A stretch of 64,000 bases of DNA from Bacteroidales bacterium (GTDB lineage Bacteria > Bacteroidota > Bacteroidia > Bacteroidales > WRLA01), in contig OZ245940.1 of the NCBI GenBank assembly GCA_965230045.1, forward strand, positions 1,679,403 to 1,743,402, written 5' to 3'. Positions 40,371-48,545 of this stretch are shown here, one piece after another. Position 1 is the stretch's first letter. The number at the start of each line of letters is the position of its first letter. Both the position numbers and the translations under genes were made by a program. The notes below the pieces were generated by a model. That model was not told the DNA's origin and searched no databases. It was given only the letters and a program-made list of their open reading frames with translations.

Positions 40371-40903
40371 GAGTCTGTCTATAATGTCGGGTTTCTGATT
40401 CAGAATGTTCGAGGTCGAGGTGTTCTTGGAATTGAAAATAAGGTTCTACCAGTAATTTCGTGGGTAATTATAATGTTTGAAAAAATGACTATGCCGATAT
40501 TTATTAATAAACTATTGATCCCTAACAGATTCCTCCCTTCCGATAACTATCGGGACAAAGCCTTAATCATTTCGTTTGGCTTTGTTCCGGTCGGAATGAC
40601 GCTGTTTATTAGGCGTTTAAGGCAAATGCGGCGAGGACATAATAGCTTATCTCAATTACGTCCTCGCCGCATTTGCCCTCTGACATTGTAAAACGCGTCA
40701 TTCCGACAAAGTTTCCGAAGCATGAGGAACACTTTGGAGGAATCTGTTTTGAAATATAGTAATTTTTCTTTCCACGAAATTCCGTGTTGTACCGAATATA
40801 AGGAGTCCCGTACGTACGGTATGCCTGTGCTGGGCTTGCCAAAGTAACTGGTTTCAATACCGAGAATAATCCCAAAGCTTCGGGAGATATTATAGACAGA
40901 AAC
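40371..40903. repeat. Palindromic intergenic module, type B, interrupted by the MITE-like element
   Basis: With 40442-40801 removed, it aligns end to end with the reverse complement of 56390..56533. Shared termini are TCTGTCTATAAT / ATTATAGACAGA. It ends at the stop codon of the 40903 gene. Confidence 0.75.
40442..40793. mobile_element. MITE-like non-autonomous element, copy 2 (352 bp)
   Basis: Homologous along its whole length to 18108..18449. TIRs are GGTTCTACCAGTAATTTCGTGG / CCACGAAATTCCGTGTTGTACC. Flanking 8-mers are GAAAATAA / GAATATAA (7 of 8 match). Confidence 0.8.
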
Positions 40904-42144
40904 TAATTCGAGGCGCCCACGATATGCACAACCCCCTTATAAGCTTCTTCGCTAAATAATCCGCGGCAATTCAGTACATAATAATATACGCCATCGCCCA
41001 GGCCATTGCCGTCCCAGTCGTTCATATAATTTGTGCTTTCAAATACTTTTTTGCCGTAGCGGTTAAAAACAGCCAGTTCGCTGCTGATAAACATATCCTC
41101 CAGCTTGGCTTCGTGGTTGTTGTTTTCCACGATTTCAAAAAAGTCGTTGATGCCATCACCATTTGGGGTAAAAACATTGGGAATCAAGAGGTCAACTTCT
41201 TTTATGCTTACGTCCATTACTACGCTGGTATCACAACCGTCCGCGTTATTGGCGGTAAGTGTCACCGGGTAGGTGTTTACCCTTACGTAAGTGTGCGTTG
41301 CATTATAAGTAGTTGCCTGAGCGGTCGTGTCACCAAAATCCCACAACCAGCCTTCGCCTTCTGTTGAGGTGTTGATAAACTCAATGGTAGGTTTGTAAAT
41401 GTATCCTGTATCCGGATCGATTTCAAAACTGATTTCCGGAGCGGGGATGATTTCCACAAAATATGAATCATCGTAGGGGCAGCCGTTTCCGTCGGTGATG
41501 CGCATTTTTACCTCGCCGGCAGGAAGTCCGTAGCCTACTTGTGTAGTTTGCTTGGGAGCGGTAAACCATAAAAAAGAGTAGGGCTCAACGCCATCCGTAA
41601 CATTGATGGCTACCTGGCCTTTATCGTCCTTGAGGCAGCCTTTATTGATTTGCGTTAGTGTATAGGTGATGCCCGATTGGAAAATAGTCAGTCCGCCTGC
41701 AGTATAGTTGGTGGGTAGATCGACGCCGTCTTTATCTTTAAAATTACTGGCTTCCCATGTTATGGCTGTGTTTCCGGCAGCAATTCCTTCAAATTGCAAT
41801 TGCAGCAAAATGCCTGAACCAAACATCAGGTCTTCTGCATTGTCCCATTGCATATTGATCGTATTTCCCGTATTGCTTACCTTGATGCTGTCCCTGAAAA
41901 AATATGGGTTTTGGTACGACATCGAATCGAATGAAATCAGGTTTTCGTCAAAGCTGATGTTGAGGTCGAAACTGGCGAATGTAGCGTCTTCCAGGATCAG
42001 GCTCAGCGCAATGGTGTCGTTTGTGCAAAGCGTACCGTCGGGAAATTCTGCGCCAATTATCTGGCTGTGAGCAGAATGATTTATGGTAAAAAACAGAACG
42101 ATTGTCAGGAAAACCGGATAGAAAGATATTCTTTTCATGTGCAT
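40903..42144 (-). CDS. Secreted protein with PKD/Ig-like repeats and a type-B T9SS C-terminal domain (gliding-motility CHU_C type)
   Basis: Signal peptide. C-terminal motif LLIPNVFTPNGDGINDFFEI..NRYGKKVFES..WDGNG..GVYYYVL. The track start at 42153 is a TTG, so ATG 42144 is preferred. Confidence 0.8.
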   Translation of the reverse strand: MHMKRISFYPVFLTIVLFFTINHSAHSQIIGAEFPDGTLCTNDTIALSLILEDATFASFDLNISFDENLISFDSMSYQNPYFFRDSIKVSNTGNTINMQWDNAEDLMFGSGILLQLQFEGIAAGNTAITWEASNFKDKDGVDLPTNYTAGGLTIFQSGITYTLTQINKGCLKDDKGQVAINVTDGVEPYSFLWFTAPKQTTQVGYGLPAGEVKMRITDGNGCPYDDSYFVEIIPAPEISFEIDPDTGYIYKPTIEFINTSTEGEGWLWDFGDTTAQATTYNATHTYVRVNTYPVTLTANNADGCDTSVVMDVSIKEVDLLIPNVFTPNGDGINDFFEIVENNNHEAKLEDMFISSELAVFNRYGKKVFESTNYMNDWDGNGLGDGVYYYVLNCRGLFSEEAYKGVVHIVGASN

Positions 42145-42412
42145 TTTGGCCAAAAAATTTGAAGCAAAGTTAGCAATATTGCTAAACGGAAAAAATTAAA
42201 ATTTATTCCGTGGCATTCGGTTGAATTATTCATAAAATATCCCAATACGAAGCAAACAACAATAGAAAGAACGAATGTTTACTGTTTTAGTCTCCAGCTT
42301 ATTGTTTCTCATGAAAAAATTCATATTAAAAGGAGAATGAAGGTATTGAGGATGTTTTGAAGTATTTTATTTCTTTTAATACAACAATCTGACTCGTTTA
42401 GACCGTGCGTTG

Positions 42413-42602
42413 GCCAGTCAAAACGGCGGGCAAGAAGCGGGTGAATTTCAGACGCTTAGAATTCTATCAATGGGCGTGAGCTTTGCTGAGGAACGAGGCA
42501 CTACTTTGATGTAGAATTCTTAGCGCCTGAAAGAGCGGGTGGAAGCATTGTTTTGACTTGGCTTTTTGTTCCTTTTGTGCCAAGACAAAAGGAAGAATTT
42601 TT
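42413..42602 (+). ncRNA. Candidate structured sRNA: rod with a large internal bubble plus an intrinsic terminator
   Basis: P1 pairs 42413-42424 with 42550-42562 (12 bp, one bulge). P2 pairs 42449-42466 with 42512-42529 (16 of 18 bp). The 24/20-nt internal loop carries AGCGGGTG on both sides. The terminator hairpin is 42569-42594 followed by a T5 run. Confidence 0.35.
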
Positions 42603-42667
42603 AATACAGCAAAGAAGTCCAGGTATTAATAAATCGGCCAGGTGATTCATGGGTGTGGCTGCAAAAC

Positions 42668-43033
42668 CTAAAACTGCCCGGTCGATAAGAGCACCAAAGT
42701 ACAATACTCATGGATTTCAATTTCGGCATCTTTCAAAAAATCCCTGATTTCCTTATTTTCCGTGCCGGGATTAAGAATAATACGTTTGGGGCGGCTTGCT
42801 TTGATTTGCTCAAAGTATTGTTTTTGCAGTTCCGGCCGCAGGTAGATTGTGATGGTATGAATTTCCGTATTTTCAGGCCAATGCGTTTGAACCGGTGTGC
42901 CTGCAATTTTTCCTTCTTTGGCTCCTAAGGCAATCGTTTCATATCCTTTTTGACGGAGCATTTGAACAGCTTTAAAAGAATATCGTCCCGGATTTGTGCT
43001 GGCTCCGACTACCAGTGTTCTTTTGTTGGGCAT
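42668..43033 (-). CDS. CoA-binding domain protein (YccU-like)
   Basis: 121 aa. MPNKRTLVVGASTNPGRYSFKAV.. N-terminus typical of the family. Confidence 0.85.
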   Translation of the reverse strand: MPNKRTLVVGASTNPGRYSFKAVQMLRQKGYETIALGAKEGKIAGTPVQTHWPENTEIHTITIYLRPELQKQYFEQIKASRPKRIILNPGTENKEIRDFLKDAEIEIHEYCTLVLLSTGQF

Positions 43034-43041
43034 AGCAAATA

Positions 43042-44658
43042 TTATTGATTTAAAACACTAAACTGTTTGGAACCACAAAATGTTGTCCCACAAACAACCT
43101 GTAAAATATAGTTCCCGCATTTGAAGCCCTCCAAAGATATAATATATTCTTCTGTGCCCTGTGGCAATGGATAAGTGGCCAGCATCCTGCCCAGCAGGTC
43201 GAAAATAAGCAGCTCGCCTTTTTGCGGCAGGGCTTCAAAACTAATGTTGATATGCTCTCTGGCCGGGTTGGGTGCTATTTGTATTTTGTTTTCCGGCTTT
43301 TTGGGCAGCTCTCCCGTGGCAGTGGTAATGATAAAATCCTCTGCATAAAACTCTACTGCCCCGCTGCTGATGCCGCCCGGGCACCAGGGGTCATAATGGT
43401 TGGTGTCGGTTTGCAGGCTGTCGTATTCCAGATCGGAATTGAGTTTGAAAAGTACGGTGGTGGGGATGTTTTCTTCATCAAATTCTGTCGTAAAAAAGAG
43501 AAACATATTGTCTTTGGTCTTATTTACATCAGAACTAAGGTTTGGAAGGTTTTTGATAAGGCTTTTTATTTTAATAATACTTCCATTGGTATCCAGCTTT
43601 ACGGCCAGGCTTTGGTATTCATATTCAATATAGGGTAAAGTGTCCGGAGCTTCAGGGTCTCTGTACCAACGTGCTGAAGCAATTAATATGCTGTCATTCA
43701 AAAGAGCACCGGAATAATAATGCGCCGGCTTATATCCATCAAAATGAAAGGATTGATAGTTGGCTGTATTTTGCCCGTTTGCATTATATACATTGAGTGC
43801 CGGGCTGCTGTACTCAAATTTGAATTCCCCCAGGCCAATAAATTTTTCGGTATCCGGAAAATTTAAAGCTTTTAAAGCCCCGCCTAAGAAAACAGTATCC
43901 CTGATGCTGGGGGCGTCTGCCCAAAGGAATTCCCCATCGGGACTGACACATGCATAGTAGGGGCTTGAAAACCATTCCAGAGAATCCCAACGGTAATAGC
44001 ATTCCCCGGCACAAATGGTATTGCCCGATGGCAGCATTTCTATATCACGGATTAATGGAAGGATAATATTGCTGTCGCCGGCATAGGAATGCAATGGGCA
44101 GTTCCAAATAAGTTCCCCTTCTGGGGAATACTTAAGGATATAGCTTTCCGTTCCCGAAGCATTTGGGTCAAGATAGCGCATTAGGGTTACAATATTGCCA
44201 TCAGGAGCCAATGCAAGATCAACACCATAATTAAGTATTTCCGGCGAATAATAAAGCATGGCCCATTCTTTTTCGCCACATGCATTAAGCTTTATCAGGA
44301 AAGGGTCGTTGTTTGGGCTTAAAGCTTTTGTGCCTCCAATGGAATATATATTGCCATTGTTGTCCTGCTGGCTTTGTACAATATAATTGGAAGTTTCCTC
44401 ATGAAGCATGTCAAAAGTGTGTATGCTTTTCTCCCAGAGTTTGTTTCCATTAATATCTGTTTTAGAGATAAGGCCTTGATAAGAAAAGCCATTATTGCTT
44501 AAATTGTGAGTCAATAGTATTCCATTATCCTGGCTAATGTTAATTTTTCTTGAGCGAGAATTGTGGCTTATTACGGCCTTCCAAATGGAATCATTTTGAG
44601 CTTTGATAAGAAGTGAGTTTAGGACTAAAACCAGGGTTAGGGTTATATATAGTTTCAT
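43042..44658 (-). CDS. T9SS-secreted paralogue A (putative beta-propeller ectodomain plus type-A CTD)
   Basis: Signal peptide MKLYITLTLVLVLNSLLIKAQ. Repeated ..DINGN.LWEK.. type segments. CTD IAPNPAREHINISF..LLIFDLLGRMLA... ATG 44658 is preferred to the track start at 44709. Confidence 0.75.
   Translation of the reverse strand: MKLYITLTLVLVLNSLLIKAQNDSIWKAVISHNSRSRKINISQDNGILLTHNLSNNGFSYQGLISKTDINGNKLWEKSIHTFDMLHEETSNYIVQSQQDNNGNIYSIGGTKALSPNNDPFLIKLNACGEKEWAMLYYSPEILNYGVDLALAPDGNIVTLMRYLDPNASGTESYILKYSPEGELIWNCPLHSYAGDSNIILPLIRDIEMLPSGNTICAGECYYRWDSLEWFSSPYYACVSPDGEFLWADAPSIRDTVFLGGALKALNFPDTEKFIGLGEFKFEYSSPALNVYNANGQNTANYQSFHFDGYKPAHYYSGALLNDSILIASARWYRDPEAPDTLPYIEYEYQSLAVKLDTNGSIIKIKSLIKNLPNLSSDVNKTKDNMFLFFTTEFDEENIPTTVLFKLNSDLEYDSLQTDTNHYDPWCPGGISSGAVEFYAEDFIITTATGELPKKPENKIQIAPNPAREHINISFEALPQKGELLIFDLLGRMLATYPLPQGTEEYIISLEGFKCGNYILQVVCGTTFCGSKQFSVLNQ
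43262..43449. repeat. 188-bp conserved block, copy in paralogue A
   Basis: By hand alignment it differs at ~6 positions from 45443..45630 and ~8 from 48763..48950, while the flanking coding sequence is far more divergent. Confidence 0.85.
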
Positions 44659-44727
44659 AATTTGATATTGCTTTTGGGTATTATTGAAGCAGTCAGGAAA
44701 CCGAAACATTTCCCGACTGCTAAAGTG

Positions 44728-45216
44728 TTAATTATTAATTACATTGAAAGTCCGGGTTCCGATTGAATGGTTTTTATCAGCTAATTTCAGGAAATAACTG
44801 CCCGTAGGATAATTTTGCAAATTCAATTTATATTGCCCCATGCCATTGGAAAGCATAATGGCATCCATAATTTTTCCATTGGCATCATATACGGTCAGTA
44901 AGGCGCTGTTTTTCAATTCTGAGAAACGGATGTTGAGCTTTTCTGTTGCAGGGTTTGGATAAACGCTAAGCTTTGGTGTGTATTTTTCAGCTATTTCCAG
45001 CTTTCTGTATTTCTCAAAAGGGTCTTCTGCATTGCCCGATTTAAAACCTTCATCCTTTAGGTAAAGCGGTTCGGAATATTCTATGGCTTTTGCCGTAAGC
45101 AGTATGTTGCGGGCATAGGTAGCCGCTAAACTGTTGGGATCATGGCCAATCTGCATCAGGTTTTGCCGGATGAGGGGGAAGACTTTATTTGATATTATCG
45201 GGTCTGTATTCATCAT
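44728..45216 (-). CDS. Short ORF ending in a T9SS type-A CTD but lacking a signal peptide (possible gene remnant)
   Basis: 162 aa. The C-terminal half (SVYPNPATEKLNIRF..LTVYDANGKIMD..GSYFLKL) looks like a CTD. The N-terminus (MMNTDPIISNK..) is not signal-like. Confidence 0.45.
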   Translation of the reverse strand: MMNTDPIISNKVFPLIRQNLMQIGHDPNSLAATYARNILLTAKAIEYSEPLYLKDEGFKSGNAEDPFEKYRKLEIAEKYTPKLSVYPNPATEKLNIRFSELKNSALLTVYDANGKIMDAIMLSNGMGQYKLNLQNYPTGSYFLKLADKNHSIGTRTFNVINN

Positions 45217-45442
45217 AGCAAAAGTTTAATTTATCACCCCAAACTGCTGTGCTCCTACAAAATCATTCCCACAAACGACCTGCAAAATATAGTTCCCGCT
45301 TTTGTAGCCCTCCAAAGATAAAATATATTCTTCTGTGCCCTGTGGCAATGGATAAGTGGCCAGCATCCTGCCTTGCAGGTCGAAAACAAGCAGCTCGCCT
45401 TTTTCTGGCAGGGCTTCAAAATGGATGTTGATCTGCCCTTGG

Positions 45443-45630
45443 GCCGGGTTGGGTGCTATTTGTATTTTGTTTTCCGGCTTTTTGGGCAGCTCACCCGTGG
45501 CTGTGGTAATAATAAAATCCTCCGCATAAAACTCTACCGCCCCGCTGCTGATGCCGCCCGGGCACCAGGGGTCGTAATGGTTGGTGTCGGTTTGCAGGCT
45601 GTCGTATTCCAGATCGGAATTGAGTTTGAA
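45443..45630. repeat. 188-bp conserved block, copy in paralogue B
   Basis: See 43262..43449. Confidence 0.85.
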
Positions 45631-46483
45631 AAGTACGGTGGTGGGGATTGTGTTCTCATCAAATTCATAACCAAAAAACAGGAACTTATCATCCGGTGTT
45701 TTGGCTACGTGCGGCGGTATTCCTTTATTATCATCTATTAGCATTTTGGTTTTAATAATTTTTGCGCTGGTATCCAGTTTAACGGCCAGCCTTTTGCCGT
45801 AATATTCAAAATAAGGCAGAGTGTCTGCTGTGGTATCTTTGGGCCACCATCTCCCTGAGGCAATTAAAATGGAATCATTGAGCAGTGCACCGGAATAGTA
45901 CTGAGTATTAGTGTAACCATCAAACTCAAAACTGCGGTTGTTTTTGATATTGTGCCCCGAAATATCGTAGCGGAAAAGGGTAGGGCTGCTGAAGTTTTGG
46001 AACAAATGTTCGCCCAGCCCGATAAACTCATTGCCTTCTTCTAATAATAGGATTTTATCAATATTTACCGGTGAAACCGTATCTTTGGTGCGGGGCACAT
46101 GATCCCAGGCCAGCCTGCCGGAATTGTTAATCCGTGCTACAAAAGGGCTTCTTTGCCAAAACATATAGCGGATCTGGTAATAACAATCTCCGCCCCCAAT
46201 AATATCGCCTGAGGGCAGCACCTCTATATCCCTGATGTAGGGTGCGCCTGTATTGGTATCGCTTGCAAATGAGGGCACAGGGCAGTTCCAGATCAATTCG
46301 CCCTGGGGGCTGTATTTGAGGATATTGCACTTTGTCAGTGATTCGTCAGGAAAAATGTCGCGCATCAGTGCAATAAGGTTGCCATCTTTGGCAAAGGCAA
46401 TATCGTATCCATGTGCGTTATAGTCAGGGCTGTCATACATAAGCCCCCATTCTTTTTCGCCCAATGGATTTAGTTTAAAAATG

Positions 46484-48127
46484 GTAACTAATCAGTCTGC
46501 AAATTAGCGATAGTTCCCAAAGCAGGCACAACACTCTGTCCATTCTTGATAATTGTGTCAGTAACTGATCTCAAAACAGCAAAGGCATCCGCTCCTTCGG
46601 TCGATCTGAATTGACCTGAAACTTTCTGTTTTACTTTTATGTTTCGGATTGCCCTTTCAGAAGCATTATTGTCTGGCGGGACTTCTGGGTGATATAAGAA
46701 GGTGAAGATATAGTCCCTGTATTTGACGAGCCTTTTTTTGAATGCAAGCAATTCGTTGTGTTTTTCCGGCAGTTCTGCTTTCAGTAAACTGTTCAGCCTG
46801 TTTTCAATTGCGTTCCTCTTTGGGTTATGTACGTAGCAGCCCGCATTGTCCATTTTTTTCTTCAAATCCAGTGCCGTTTGAAACAGCCGTTTGCATATCC
46901 TGCTCCATTTATGCCCATACCTTTCTGACAAGTAATTCAGGTCACGTAAAAGATGTGCCATACAAATCTGGTGCGACAGCGCAGCAGTATTAAAATGGCT
47001 CTTCCAGCAATCATGTACCAACACAGAGTTTTTAAACCCATCTTTAAATGTATTGCCAATGCTCCTCTGTGCCCTGTTGTCAGTGATGGTAATGAATGTA
47101 GCCTCTTGGTTTTGCCATGTCCATGCCCAGTGCTTATTGCCATCAACCTTAACTCCTGTCTCATCACTTCCTACAGAAAAACAATATCCTCCCGAAAGCA
47201 ACTTTTGCTTTATTAGGTCATAGGCTGGTTGGGCCTTACGCTTTAGTTTATTGAGCAAATAATGGATGCCCCCTTCGCTTATGGGAACGTGGAAAACATC
47301 CCTGAAAAGTTCTTTCATACGCAGAAAGGGCAGGTACTGCCTGGTATGGAAATACCCGATCAAACTTTCAATGTTGTTCCCATAGCTTACCGGGGCATTG
47401 GCCTGAGATGGATAATCACACTTGGTTTCATGGCCACAACTGCAAACCTTTTTATATACCCGGTGTTCTGTGACATGTAACTTTATCTCGGGAATATCAA
47501 ATACCTGGCGTTTACCGGCTAATTGTACGGGCAAAGAAGCAAGGTCTTTTCCGCAACACTTGCAATATGAGGGGATGTGCTTCTCAATAGTGTCAGGCAC
47601 TTGGGCCATCTTAAGTGTGTTTCCTTTCCGCCCTGCCTGTCCGCCTGGCTTACGCCCTGTCTTTTCCCTCAAACTCCTGCGCTTAGGGCGGTTCTGATCT
47701 TGGGAGGGAGGTATTGAGCTGTTGTTGCTGTTTTTTGGTGTTTGGTATTTGGCAAGCTTTTCTTTGAGTTTTTTGTTTTCCAACTCAAGGGCTTCCAGTC
47801 TTCTTTCAAGCTGGCCGATCCTTTTGAAAAGCTCTTGTATAATGAAATCTTTGTCCAAAACTTTTTTCTTTCAAAAGTAGTGTAGGTTGGAGGCAAAAGT
47901 CAAATTACCAGCGGTTTAGTTACGAACACAGGAAACAGCAAATTGTGAACAGCCAATGATTTTTGAAAAATACCCCAAGGAGAACCCAATATTTAAACCC
48001 GAAATCCAAAGGCAAACAAATAGCAAAATCACAGAGCCTTTAAACGCATCAACCCCAGAAAGTTATTCACAAGCCACAGCGAAAATTGTTAATAAGGATT
48101 GATTTTTTTCTGACACTGATTAGTTAC
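46484..48127 (-). mobile_element. IS66-family insertion sequence, single-ORF type (1644 bp)
   Basis: TIRs GTAACTAATCAGT.. at both ends (IS66-like 5'-GTAA). Perfect 8-bp TSD TAAAAATG (46476-46483 and 48128-48135). Contains one transposase ORF. Confidence 0.9.
46488..47858 (-). CDS. IS66-family transposase (TnpC-like)
   Basis: N-terminal leucine-zipper-like coiled coil (LERRLEALELENKKLKEKL), a Cys-rich region (CKCCGKDL, CSCGH) and a long DDE-type core. Only a TTG start is available in frame. Confidence 0.88.
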   Translation of the reverse strand: MDKDFIIQELFKRIGQLERRLEALELENKKLKEKLAKYQTPKNSNNSSIPPSQDQNRPKRRSLREKTGRKPGGQAGRKGNTLKMAQVPDTIEKHIPSYCKCCGKDLASLPVQLAGKRQVFDIPEIKLHVTEHRVYKKVCSCGHETKCDYPSQANAPVSYGNNIESLIGYFHTRQYLPFLRMKELFRDVFHVPISEGGIHYLLNKLKRKAQPAYDLIKQKLLSGGYCFSVGSDETGVKVDGNKHWAWTWQNQEATFITITDNRAQRSIGNTFKDGFKNSVLVHDCWKSHFNTAALSHQICMAHLLRDLNYLSERYGHKWSRICKRLFQTALDLKKKMDNAGCYVHNPKRNAIENRLNSLLKAELPEKHNELLAFKKRLVKYRDYIFTFLYHPEVPPDNNASERAIRNIKVKQKVSGQFRSTEGADAFAVLRSVTDTIIKNGQSVVPALGTIANLQTD

Positions 48128-48545
48128 TAAAAATGAATGGATTTTTATAGGAGGAAGTATAGCTATAGAATGAGCCGATTCCATAAATATTCCCTGCAGA
48201 ATCCTGTATGCTATTGTGTATGGCGTTTTTTGTTTCCTGGCCGTCTATGGCGTAAATGTGTATTTCCTTTTCCCATAATATATTGCCATTGATATCGGTT
48301 TTTGCAATAATACCCATTATGTACTGTCCTTGGCTGTATAGGTTATAAGTAAGCAAATAACCTCCGTCTTTGCATATATAAATATCCTCGGCAGCAGTGC
48401 TATATTGAATCTGGCGTTTCCATGTGTAATCCTGCTGGGCTGCTAATAGAAACGGACATGCTATGATAATAAGTATGAAAAATTTGTTCATGATTTGAAG
48501 TATTGGAAACAGGGAGCTGTAAGCTCCCTGTTTTGATTGAAGAAT

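Larger units (their letters stand above)
45226..48491 (-). pseudogene. T9SS-secreted paralogue B, disrupted by IS66-family insertion
   Basis: N-terminal fragment is 48120..48491, C-terminal fragment 45226..~46475. Deleting 46484-48135 (the IS plus one TSD copy) restores ..YKNPFIF|KLNPLGEKEWGLMYDSP.. in frame. This parallels ..NDPFLIKLNACGEKEWAMLYYSP.. in paralogue A. Confidence 0.88.

Noticed and set aside
42425-42450. Resemblance of GGCGGGCAAGAAGCGGGTGAATTTCAG to the core of a cobalamin riboswitch (GGGAA..GGTGAAAATCC).
   Set aside because: No B12 box (GCCACTG-like) is present. The overall fold I can draw is a two-helix rod, and no plus-strand gene lies downstream to be regulated.
43222-43638. 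Plus-strand ORFs 43222..43638, 45373..45741 and 48696..48959 share the conserved peptide ..GRVGCYLYFVFRLFGQL..AADAARAPGV.MVGVGLQAVVFQIGIEFE.. antisense to the T9SS paralogues.
   Set aside because: They look conserved only because they lie on the 188-bp near-identical DNA block. Outside the block they diverge immediately, have unrelated starts and ends, and overlap well-supported minus-strand genes.
47856-47896. A_AAA_AAG slippery heptamer just upstream of the IS66 transposase start, suggesting a -1 programmed frameshift from an upstream ORF.
   Set aside because: The upstream ORF (47669..47896) also starts at a TTG rather than an ATG and would contribute only ~12 codons. Direct TTG initiation at 47858 is simpler. 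I keep the start as uncertain only.
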